A stretch of DNA of 64,000 bases from Thermoanaerobaculia bacterium (GTDB lineage: Bacteria; Acidobacteriota; Thermoanaerobaculia; Multivoradales; UBA5704), in NCBI GenBank assembly GCA_044866775.1, contig JBIOUG010000097.1:1852-65851 (forward strand). The letters run 5' to 3'. This document shows positions 56,285 through 64,000 of the stretch, one piece after another. Under the pieces are notes generated by a model. It worked only from the letters and a program-made list of their open reading frames with translations, was not told the DNA's origin and ran no database searches. The stretch's first letter is position 1. Each line of letters begins with the position of its first letter. A program made the translations under genes and the position numbers.

Positions 56285-58303
56285 CGCGGCGGGATCGGCA
56301 TGCGCGGCGGTGCCGTGCGCCATATGAGATCGATCTCCTCTGCCGTCACCAGAGGTCAACGACAAGATCTTCTTTCTCCCCGCTTCGGATCGGTACCTGC
56401 TCGCGCTCCTCAACTCTCCGCTGCTCTTCGCCTGGCTGAATGCCGCGTAGTACGAGCACTTCCGCAGCTCCCACCAGAAGCAGCCTTGATCCCAGCGTTC
56501 CACCAGCCGCTCGCGCCAGCCACTCAAATGACCATGTAGAGCAGGAAAGCTCGCCGCGAAAGCGTTCTCGGCCTCCGCGCCCGCCAGCGACGACCACGGC
56601 CACTGGTGGTCGTCGCTCGACTTGAGCAGGATCATCCACAGCCCGACCCACTCCGCGCGCCACCGCCGCACGTCTTGTCCTCGCAGATACGGCTTCAGGA
56701 TCTCCGCCGAGCGGCCGTCCTCGGCGACAAGCCGGTCCCGCGTGGCGGTGTCGACGAGAAACGCCTCGTTGAGGCCCGTCTTGATCCCGTAATACGGCTT
56801 CACCCCCGCGTACTCCAGGAGCGGCACGCCCCGCGCGCGGATCTTCGCCATCAACGCCTCGACGCCCGCCGGCTCCAGCACCCACGGCCCGCCGCCGAGC
56901 CGCTCGCGGGGCACGTCGAAGCCTCCCTCCTCCACCTGCCGCCCGAGGTCGTCGAGCCGTACCTCGTCGCGCGAGATCACGGACACCCGCGGCACGGGGG
57001 GCGGCGCCTCCGGCTGCGGCTTCGCGAGGACGACGATCGACGGGAACACGTCCGCCTCCGGGAAGATCTCCTTGGCGTGACCCAGGTCCACCAGCGTCTC
57101 GAGCCAAGCGTGCTCTGCGAGCAGGCGGCGCAGCGGCTCGGCGTAGCCCGCCCGCAGCCACTTGTTGGTCACCACGAAGGAGAGGCGGCCGCCCGGTCGA
57201 AGCAGCTCGAGCCCGCGCTCGAAGAAGTAGACGTAGAGGTCGGCCACGCCGTGGTAGGCGCGGAAGCGGTGGGCGAGATAGGGCTTGAGGCTGCCGAGGA
57301 GCTCCTGGCGGACGTACGGCGGGTTACCGACGACCACCTCGAAGCCGCCGTCGGCGAACACCTCCGGGAAAGCCGCCTGCCAGTCGAGCGCGCTGCGGAG
57401 GTCGACCTCCGGATCGGCGACCAGGCTGTTGCCGATCCGGATCGTGCGATCGAGGTCGGTCAGCCGCTTGCCGCGCTCCGCCGTCTTGATCCAGATCGAC
57501 AGGCGGCAGATCTGGATCGCCTCCTCGTTCAGCAGGCGGGGTCCAGCACCCGCACCCGTTCGACCTCTCCGATCCAGGCGTCCCAGAAGCGGAGCAGCGC
57601 CTCCTGCTGCGGCTTGTTGAGCGCGGTAGGGTCGTAGGCCCGCGGCTCGTCCAGAGCCTTGACCGCCGTTCCCTCCGCTCGCGCCTGCTGCTTGCGGCGC
57701 AGCGCCTCGAAGCGTTCGTCGAGGACGCGGTGGAGCGCGTGGCCGACGATGAACCGCGTCACGACGCGCGGTGTGTAGAAAGCTCCCTCGCGCCGCCGCC
57801 GGGAGACGCGCTCGACGGCGAAGCTGCCGCCCGCCAGCTCCTGCTCGATGCGCTCCAGGTCGGTGATCGACTGCTCGAAGATGTGGCCGAGGATCTCCAC
57901 GTCGACGAGCTGGGCGACGGCGCCTTCCTCGATCGCCGCGGGCGGCGAGCGGTAGTCGTAGTCGCCGAGCCGCTTGAACTCGGCGAAGACCTCGTCGGGA
58001 ACTTGCAGGCGGTCGAGACCCGGGTCGCGGGCGAAGAGTCCGCCGTTGTAGCCGGGGATCCCGAGGGCGCCGCTGCCGCCGTCGATCGCCTGGAACAGGC
58101 CCTTGAAGGTCTCCCATTGCGTGCGCGGGTTGTAGGGGTCGCGGTGCGCGAAAGCGCGCCGGAGCGTCTCGGCCGGGAGCAGCCCGCGGTCCTCCGCGAA
58201 GGCCACGAAGAGCACCCGGTCGAGGAGCTTCTGCGTGTAGAGCAGCCGCGGCGCGGGGAGCGAGGACCTCGGCGCGGAAGAGCGGCTTGCGTTCGACCGG
58301 CAT
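56285..58303 (-). pseudogene. Type IIG (Eco57I/TaqI-like) restriction-modification gene with deletions, frameshifts and a small inversion
   Basis: QKLLDRVLFVAFAED, YNGGLF, LGHIFEQS, GAFYTP, LDPAC, IGNSL, VVGNPPYVRQE, KTGLNEAF, WWELR and IWRTAPPRMP fragments spread over different frames. Confidence 0.85.
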
Positions 58304-58432
58304 GAGTGCGAGAACCAGACGAAGTCTATCGTGCTCCGAGGCACGCTTCTTGCTCGTTGCGATGCGCGAATCCGCCTGGGCGCGGAATGATCTCTCGATG
58401 TGCGATCGCAATGATCGAAAAGGAGGTGGGCG

Positions 58433-58942
58433 GTGGCAGAGAGCGGAAAGAAGCCAACGAACGAGACGCTGGGCAGCGCCGTGAGCACGGCGGCCTCGAC
58501 GCCGTCCGGCCGCTCGACGGCTCGTCGCGCGACGGGTGGAACGACCGGCGGCGCCGCGCGCGCGGCGGCCAAGGCCAAGAGCACGGCGGCGAAGGTGCGG
58601 AAGACGCTGCGCGCGAAGACCGCCGGTCGCGGCAAGAAGGTGGCGGCGGCCGCGGCCGCGGCGGCCGGGCTCGCGGCGGCGGCGGCCGGCCTCGCGGCGG
58701 CGCGGCGCAGCGCGAAGCGTAAGTCGTCGTCGAAGAGCGCCAAGAGCTCGAGCCGGTCCGCGAAGAAGAGCGGCGGCGCCAAGAAGAGCAGCACGAAGCG
58801 GAGCAGCGCCGCGAAGAAGGGCAGCGGCACGAAGCGCCGCAGCGCTGCCAAGAAGAGCGGCGGCACGAAGCGGGGCGGCGCCGCGAGGAAGGGCGGCGGC
58901 GCGAAGCGCGGCGCCGCGTCGCCGAACGTCACCAGCAGCTAG
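58433..58942 (+). CDS. Histone H1-like Lys/Ala/Ser-rich basic protein
   Basis: AAAGGAGG RBS; AKKxxG(T/A)KRxxA repeats; strongly basic; central Ala-rich stretch. Confidence 0.7.
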   Translation: MAESGKKPTNETLGSAVSTAASTPSGRSTARRATGGTTGGAARAAAKAKSTAAKVRKTLRAKTAGRGKKVAAAAAAAAGLAAAAAGLAAARRSAKRKSSSKSAKSSSRSAKKSGGAKKSSTKRSSAAKKGSGTKRRSAAKKSGGTKRGGAARKGGGAKRGAASPNVTSS

Positions 58943-59081
58943 ACGGACAGGCTTCTCCCACACGGCGGCCGGCGCGGCAGGGCGAGCGCTCCCCCTCCGC
59001 GCCGGCTTCGGCGTGTGCCATCTTGCCGCTTCGCGCCCGCAGCGCTTGCCAGCGCCGCGCGCTTGTGCATAACCTCCCCCC

Positions 59082-59627
59082 ATGCAGCAGCCGGAGGAGA
59101 GCGGCGCCACGCAGGTGGAGGTCCCGGCGCCCGCCGTCAGAGTGCTGATGCCCTCGCCGCTCGGCGTGCTCGGGCTCGAGCTCGCCGGCACCGTGGTCAC
59201 CCGCGTGCGCATCGACCTGCCGCCCGCGGACCACGACGGCTACACGCCGCTGCACGACATCGAGGGCGATTTCCTGGAGGAGGTCTGCGGGCGCTTCGCC
59301 GAGTACTTCGCCGGCGCGCGGCGCAAGCTCGAGGTGGACTTCGACCTCTGCGCCTGCGGCCTCGAGCCGTTCGCGCGGCGCGTGCTGCGCGAGACGGCGA
59401 AGATCCCCTACGGCAAGACGCGTACGTATCGCGCGGTGGCGGAAGGGGCCGGCCGGCCCGAGGCCTACCGGCAGGTGCTCGCCGTGCTGGCCGAGAACCC
59501 GCTGCCGATCGTCATCCCGTGCCATCGCGTGGTGGCGAACCGCACCGGGGTCGGCAGCTACGTCGGCGGCTGGGAGCGGAAGGTCTGGCTCCTGCGGATG
59601 GAGGAGGAGGGGCTGGAGAGCGACTGA
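59082..59627 (+). CDS. ogt: Methylated-DNA--protein-cysteine methyltransferase
   Basis: SPLG, EYFAG, IPYGKTRTY and NPLPIVIPCHRVV active-site motifs. Confidence 0.92.
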   Translation: MQQPEESGATQVEVPAPAVRVLMPSPLGVLGLELAGTVVTRVRIDLPPADHDGYTPLHDIEGDFLEEVCGRFAEYFAGARRKLEVDFDLCACGLEPFARRVLRETAKIPYGKTRTYRAVAEGAGRPEAYRQVLAVLAENPLPIVIPCHRVVANRTGVGSYVGGWERKVWLLRMEEEGLESD

Positions 59628-59686
59628 GGGGCGGCGCGCGGCGTCGCTCGCCGCCCTCTTGCCGACGCAGGTCGATTGCCGAGCCG

Positions 59687-60988
59687 CTAGCTTCCGGGCT
59701 CGAGCTCCACTTCCAATTCGACGTCCTCGCCCGCCTCGACCTCGAACTGCAGGTCGCGCTGGCGATAGCCCGGCCGGACGACGGCGAGGCGGTGCTGGCC
59801 GCGATCGACGAGCAGGCCCGAGTGGAGCCGGGAGAGCTCGGAGCCGGTGCCGAGGAAGCGACCGTCGAGATAGACCGAGGCGTCGTCCGGCTGCACCTCG
59901 AGGCGCACGCGTCCCGGGATGGCGCGCGCGTCGCTGCGCACGGCGCCCCGGCCGTCGTCCTCCTCCTCCACCTCCGCCGCCTCGCCGGCCTCGGCCGCGG
60001 CCTCTTCGCGCTCGTCGTCCTCGACGTCGGCTTCGTCGTCGTCCCTCTCGCCGGCCCGCTCGCGCGCCTCGCGCTCGTAGCGCAGGCGGCGGTCGCGCCG
60101 CTCGTGCGTCGTCGACGTCAGGTTCTCCGGCCGCACGGACTCGCCGCGCTCGAGCTCGTGCTCGACCTGGATCACCACCCCCGGCCGGACGGTGACCTGG
60201 CGGGCGATCGTCTGGTAGCCCTCGCGGAAGAGCACGAGGTCGTAGGTCCCTTCCCGCAGCCAGAGGTACTGCGGGAAGCCGTCGAAGGAGTCGACGCGGC
60301 CGACGTACTCGCCGTCGACGTAGACCTCGGTCTTCGCGGGGCTGACGTCGAGGTCGAGCGCGCCGAGGTCGAAGTCCGACGCGCTACGCCCGTAGTGGCC
60401 GTAGCGGCCGCTGCCGTAGTGGCCGTAGCCGCCGTAGCGGCCATAGCCGTCGTAGAGCCCATACCCGTACGGCGCCGGGTAGTACCAGGGGAAGCCGTAG
60501 TGGCCCCAGAAGACGCTGCCCCAGTACCCGCCGTACCAGCCCCAGCCTCCCGAGTAATAGGGATAGTAAGGGTTGTGCCAGTACCAGGGGTCGCGGTCGC
60601 GATGACGGAAGCGGTTCTCCGCCTGGTCGCGGCGCTCGCCGCGGCGGTTGTCCGGCACGCGCACCGCGCTGCCGGGGTCGCCGGAGCCGCGGTCGGACGA
60701 GCGGGCGCCCGGCGACGACGGCGCCGAGGGAGTCGACGGGGTCGACGACCGCGGCACCGCCGTGCGGTCGGCGGAGGCGGGACCGCGCTCGCGCGAGGCG
60801 CTGCCCTCGCGGTCGGCGAGCGCCGCCGCGGGAGCGAGGACGGCTGCCAGCAGGAGCGCCGCCGCGGCAGCGGCGCTAGAAGCCCGTCGCGCTGGTCGCG
60901 CGACGGAAAGCGCTTCTAGCGTTGATCGAAGCCCGGCGCGAAAGCCTTCGCGCCTAGGACGCCACGACGCTCGTTTCGGGTGAAGCAT
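59687..60988 (-). CDS. Exported PEGA-domain protein with Gly/Tyr/Trp-rich segment; start uncertain
   Basis: Hydrophobic signal-like segment; two PEGA domains (LDVSPAKTEVYVDGEYVG; VQPDDASVYLDGRFLG...RPGY). Confidence 0.8.
   Translation of the reverse strand: MLHPKRASWRPRREGFRAGLRSTLEALSVARPARRASSAAAAAALLLAAVLAPAAALADREGSASRERGPASADRTAVPRSSTPSTPSAPSSPGARSSDRGSGDPGSAVRVPDNRRGERRDQAENRFRHRDRDPWYWHNPYYPYYSGGWGWYGGYWGSVFWGHYGFPWYYPAPYGYGLYDGYGRYGGYGHYGSGRYGHYGRSASDFDLGALDLDVSPAKTEVYVDGEYVGRVDSFDGFPQYLWLREGTYDLVLFREGYQTIARQVTVRPGVVIQVEHELERGESVRPENLTSTTHERRDRRLRYEREARERAGERDDDEADVEDDEREEAAAEAGEAAEVEEEDDGRGAVRSDARAIPGRVRLEVQPDDASVYLDGRFLGTGSELSRLHSGLLVDRGQHRLAVVRPGYRQRDLQFEVEAGEDVELEVELEPGS
60931..60958. 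repeat. Isolated copy of the REP-like palindrome
   Basis: GCCCGGCGCGAAAGCCTTCGCGCC; 23-bp identity to 44761-44783. Confidence 0.75.
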
Positions 60989-61931
60989 GGAAAGTCTCCT
61001 TTCGGTCTCCCGCGCTCACGACCGCGCGTGCGAGCCAGCCACGCTGCAGGCCGCGGATGTAATGGTACCGGAGCACCTCATCCCAGAGTCGCGGGAACTT
61101 CAGCGGCCATTTTTGCAAGGCGCGCACCAGCCATTCCAGCACGCGCTGGCGGCCGCGCGGGGGCAGCGGCGGCGGCCCCTCCGGCCCGAGGCCGAGGAAG
61201 CCGCCGAGCTCGGGGTGCAGGGCGTGGAAGACGACCGCGCAGTAGCCCGCCTTCTCCTGGCGGGCGGCGAAGCGCGCGAGGTCGGTCGGGTGGTCGTGCG
61301 CCGCCACCGCCCGCGGCTCGTAGACCAGCCGTAAACCACGCTGCCGCAAGCGGTAGGCGCATTCGATGTCCTCCCACGCCGGATAGGGAAAGCGGGTGTC
61401 GAAGGGCTCGGCGAGGAGCAGCGCGCGCGGCAGCGAGAGGTTCGAGGTGTAGAGGAAGTTGAACGGCACGTCCTCGGGACGGTCGATCAGCGCGTAGCCG
61501 AACTGCAGGCCGTGCTCGTTGATGTAGCGCAGGAACGGCGTCGGGCGCAGGCGCGGGTGCCAGCCGGTGTAGCCGATGACGGCGAGATCCGGGTCGTCGC
61601 CGCGGGCGGCGTGGGCGGCGCGGTGGGCCGCCAACCAGCCACTCGCGGGGACGGTATCGTCCCCCAGGAAGGCCACCCAGCGGCCGCGCGCCGCCGCCAC
61701 GCCGGCGTTGCGCGCCGCGGCCGGGCCGCGGTTGTCCTGGTAGATCACCCGCGCCGGCACGCGCCAGGCGCGGCCGGCGAGCCAGACCGCCGTGCCGTCG
61801 GTCGAGCCGTCGTCCACCACCACGAGCTCGAACGGCGGCGCCCCCACCTGCGCCTCGACCGCCGCCACCACCTCCGGCAGCACGTCGAGGCGATTGTAGG
61901 TGGGGACGACGACCGAGACCTCCGGGTGCAT
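60954..61931 (-). CDS. GT2 family glycosyltransferase
   Basis: VVPTYNR, VVDDGSTDGT, GPAAARNAG, FLGDD and WEDIE motifs. Confidence 0.92.
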   Translation of the reverse strand: MHPEVSVVVPTYNRLDVLPEVVAAVEAQVGAPPFELVVVDDGSTDGTAVWLAGRAWRVPARVIYQDNRGPAAARNAGVAAARGRWVAFLGDDTVPASGWLAAHRAAHAARGDDPDLAVIGYTGWHPRLRPTPFLRYINEHGLQFGYALIDRPEDVPFNFLYTSNLSLPRALLLAEPFDTRFPYPAWEDIECAYRLRQRGLRLVYEPRAVAAHDHPTDLARFAARQEKAGYCAVVFHALHPELGGFLGLGPEGPPPLPPRGRQRVLEWLVRALQKWPLKFPRLWDEVLRYHYIRGLQRGWLARAVVSAGDRKETFHASPETSVVAS

Positions 61932-62108
61932 GCCGGGAGCTTACATCCGCCGCCGGCGGCGGACTCATTGACCGGCGGCGAGGCAGGAACGGCGCCTACC
62001 GGGCCCGCATCTCTGGCCGCGCTGGCGACGGCGAGAAAGGGCTCGTCATCGGATCTTCATGCCCCAAAGCATGCCGCAGTGAGTGACATGGTCACCGCGA
62101 GAAGCCGC

Positions 62109-63998
62109 TCACTGCACGTACCCGAGGGCGCGGAGGCGCTCGCGCTCCTCGGGGCTGAGGTCGGGGGGGACCGCGGCCGGGGCGCGCCGGCGGGCGGCGA
62201 GCCATTGGGCGAGGACGCCGGCGAGCTGGCGCTCGGCGGGGAGGCCGCGGCCGGCGAGGTTCGCGGTCTCGCGCGGGTCGCGGGCGAGGTCGTAGAGGTA
62301 GGCGCCGTCGGGGACGAAGCGGTTGCCGCGCGACAGCCAGTACTTGTGGCGCGCCGTGCGCACCATCGCGCCGAGGCGGCCGGTGTGCTCGGCGAAGACG
62401 GCCGGGCGTCCGGCGCGGCCGCCGGCGCGCGCGCCGGCCCGGATCAACCGCCGCAGGTCGATCCCGTCCTGGGGTGGCACCGGCAGGCCGGCGGCGGCGA
62501 GGACGGTGGGAAAGAGGTCGACGTTCTGCACCAGGCCGTGAAGGCGGCGGCCGCGCCGGTGCTCGCCCGGCCAGCGGACGAGCAGCGGCACGTGGGTCGT
62601 CGAGTCCCAGAGGCCGGCGTGGCGGTAGCGGACGCCGTGCTCCTCGAGGTTCTCGCCGTGGTCGGAGACGAAGACCACGATCGTGGTCGCCAGCAGGTCG
62701 CGGCTCGCGAGGAAGCCGAGGAGGCGGTCGAGCTGGCGGTCGAGATAGGCCACCTCGCCGGCGTAGAGGTCGGGGTGGCCGCCGAGGATGCCATGGCGGA
62801 AGGCGCGCGGGCCGAGGCGGCGGAAGGGGACCCAGCGCTCCGGCGGCGCCAGGCCGGTGGCCGCCGCTGGCCGCTCGCCGAGCGCGAAGGGGGCGGGCGG
62901 CGTGTGGGGGGTGTGCGGGTCGAAGAGGTGGAGCCAGAGGAAGAACGGGCGCGCCGGCGCGCCGGCGCCGTCCTCTCCGGCCGCGAGCCAGTCCATCGCC
63001 CAGTCGACCGCCCGCTCGGCCGCGAACTGCCCGCCGCTCGCCGCGACCGCGCCGAAGCCCTGGCCGAGCCCGGAGCGGCGTGGCGCCAGGTGATCGATCG
63101 AGACTACCGCGCCGGTGCGGTATCCCGCCGCGGCGAGCGCCTCGGCGAGCGTCGTGTGCGCCGCCGGCAGCGGCGTGTCGAAGTCGTAGACGCCGTGGTG
63201 CTTGCCGTAGAGGCCGGTCAACAGCGAGGCGAAGCTCGGGTTGGTGACGTTGAAGCACGAGAAGGCGGCGAGGAAGACGTCGCTCTCGCCGGCCAGACGG
63301 TCGAGCGCCGGGGTCAGCGAAGGCGTGCGCCCCCAGGCGCCGAGGGCGTCGACGCGCAAGGTGTCGGCGCCGACGAGGAGGACGTTCGGACGGCGGGCGG
63401 CGCCGTCCGCCCGGCGCCGCCGCGGTGGCTCCGGGGCCGCCGCGCGCCGGCGCGCCGAGCCGCCCCGCGAGAAGACCGCCGGGCTCCCCCAGAGCGCCCG
63501 CGCGCCGGAGGCGGCGCCGCCCGGCGCGGTCACCTCGAGCAGCAGCTCGACTTCCTGCCCGGCCCAGGGGTCGAGGCCGACGGCGACCGCAGCCGCCGCG
63601 GGCGGCACCGGAGGCGGCGCCGGCGCGCGGTGCACCGCCACCAGGCGGCCGCGGGCGTCGCGCACCAGCACCCGTGTCCGGTAGTAAGGGATGCCTTCCT
63701 CGCGCAGCGGCACGAAGGAGAGGTACGGCTGCGCGCCGAGCGCCAGCCGCCAGCCGACGCGCGAGCCGGGGAGCTGCACCAGCGCCCGCACCTCGCCGGC
63801 CGCGAGCCGCGCCACCACGCCGCCGCCGCGCGCCGCGAGCGCCCGCGGGTCGCGCACCTCGCCGGCGCCGAGCCAGGCGACGCGGCGGCGCAGCGGCGGC
63901 CACTCTCCCCCGCCGCGGCGCTCGATCGTCGCCGGCTCGCGCCAGAGGTCGTAGCGCTGCCAGGGGCCGCCGGTGGGGCGGGAGCAGGCGACGAGGGC
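62109..63998 (-). CDS. Sulfatase-like (alkaline phosphatase superfamily) lipoprotein, 5' end beyond window
   Basis: Frame is open to the edge with lipobox LVAC; PNVLL..DTLR.D, TNPSFASLLTG, HLFDPH.P, SDHGE, HVPL, YDL..DP.E..NL and terminal LRALGY motifs. Confidence 0.88.
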   Translation of the reverse strand, partial: ALVACSRPTGGPWQRYDLWREPATIERRGGGEWPPLRRRVAWLGAGEVRDPRALAARGGGVVARLAAGEVRALVQLPGSRVGWRLALGAQPYLSFVPLREEGIPYYRTRVLVRDARGRLVAVHRAPAPPPVPPAAAAVAVGLDPWAGQEVELLLEVTAPGGAASGARALWGSPAVFSRGGSARRRAAAPEPPRRRRADGAARRPNVLLVGADTLRVDALGAWGRTPSLTPALDRLAGESDVFLAAFSCFNVTNPSFASLLTGLYGKHHGVYDFDTPLPAAHTTLAEALAAAGYRTGAVVSIDHLAPRRSGLGQGFGAVAASGGQFAAERAVDWAMDWLAAGEDGAGAPARPFFLWLHLFDPHTPHTPPAPFALGERPAAATGLAPPERWVPFRRLGPRAFRHGILGGHPDLYAGEVAYLDRQLDRLLGFLASRDLLATTIVVFVSDHGENLEEHGVRYRHAGLWDSTTHVPLLVRWPGEHRRGRRLHGLVQNVDLFPTVLAAAGLPVPPQDGIDLRRLIRAGARAGGRAGRPAVFAEHTGRLGAMVRTARHKYWLSRGNRFVPDGAYLYDLARDPRETANLAGRGLPAERQLAGVLAQWLAARRRAPAAVPPDLSPEERERLRALGYVQ

Positions 63999-64000
63999 CG

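Noticed and set aside
56255-59212. 985-aa minus-strand ORF as an intact methyltransferase
   Set aside because: It is a chance fusion of antisense sequence from ogt and the H1-like gene, out-of-frame R-M sequence and one true MTase block
61946-61963. 18-bp perfect palindrome TCCGCCGCCGGCGGCGGA
   Set aside because: Built from GCC/GGC triplets that are common here; no U-tract or second copy
2003-63903. Many long antisense or alternate-frame ORFs in the track (e.g. 2003-4522, 6884-9232, 10824-13250, 44692-46971, 51666-54203, 59015-60919)
   Set aside because: Arg/Ala/Pro-rich shadow ORFs expected at this GC content; each overlaps a motif-supported gene

Overview
Very GC-rich bacterial DNA. The gene content suggests Acidobacteriota (Thermoanaerobaculia-like), which is inference only. 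Bases 1-44.7 kb are one large + strand Wzx/Wzy-type exopolysaccharide/capsule locus. It encodes an OM beta-barrel, Wza, Wzc, a PHP phosphatase, PAPS synthesis (sat-cysC, cysQ), ~14 glycosyltransferases, a flippase and polymerase, and tailoring enzymes (amidotransferase, carbamoyltransferase, four methyltransferases). It also contains an amino-sugar/ACP/adenylation/ketoreductase sub-cluster flanked by GT-C-like and DPM-like GT2 genes. A secreted 'CTDPDG...C' peptide plus ZAS-TPR protein pair and a 21-bp degenerate repeat are inserted at 9.7-12 kb. At 44.7-55.6 kb a SARP/BTAD-ATPase regulator diverges from an operon for an SdrD-B-domain surface protein, an S8 protease and a lasso-peptide-like cluster (RRE, cyclase, precursor, HPr-kinase-like) with no B2 peptidase. 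At 55.6-58.3 kb are a small coiled-coil gene, an exactly 20-bp-periodic array, and a type IIG restriction-modification gene broken by several deletions and a 69-bp inversion. The end holds a histone-H1-like protein, ogt, a PEGA protein, a GT2 and a Thr-type sulfatase-like lipoprotein. No rRNA, tRNA or CRISPR array was recognised. All calls come from visual motif recognition; no database search was run.
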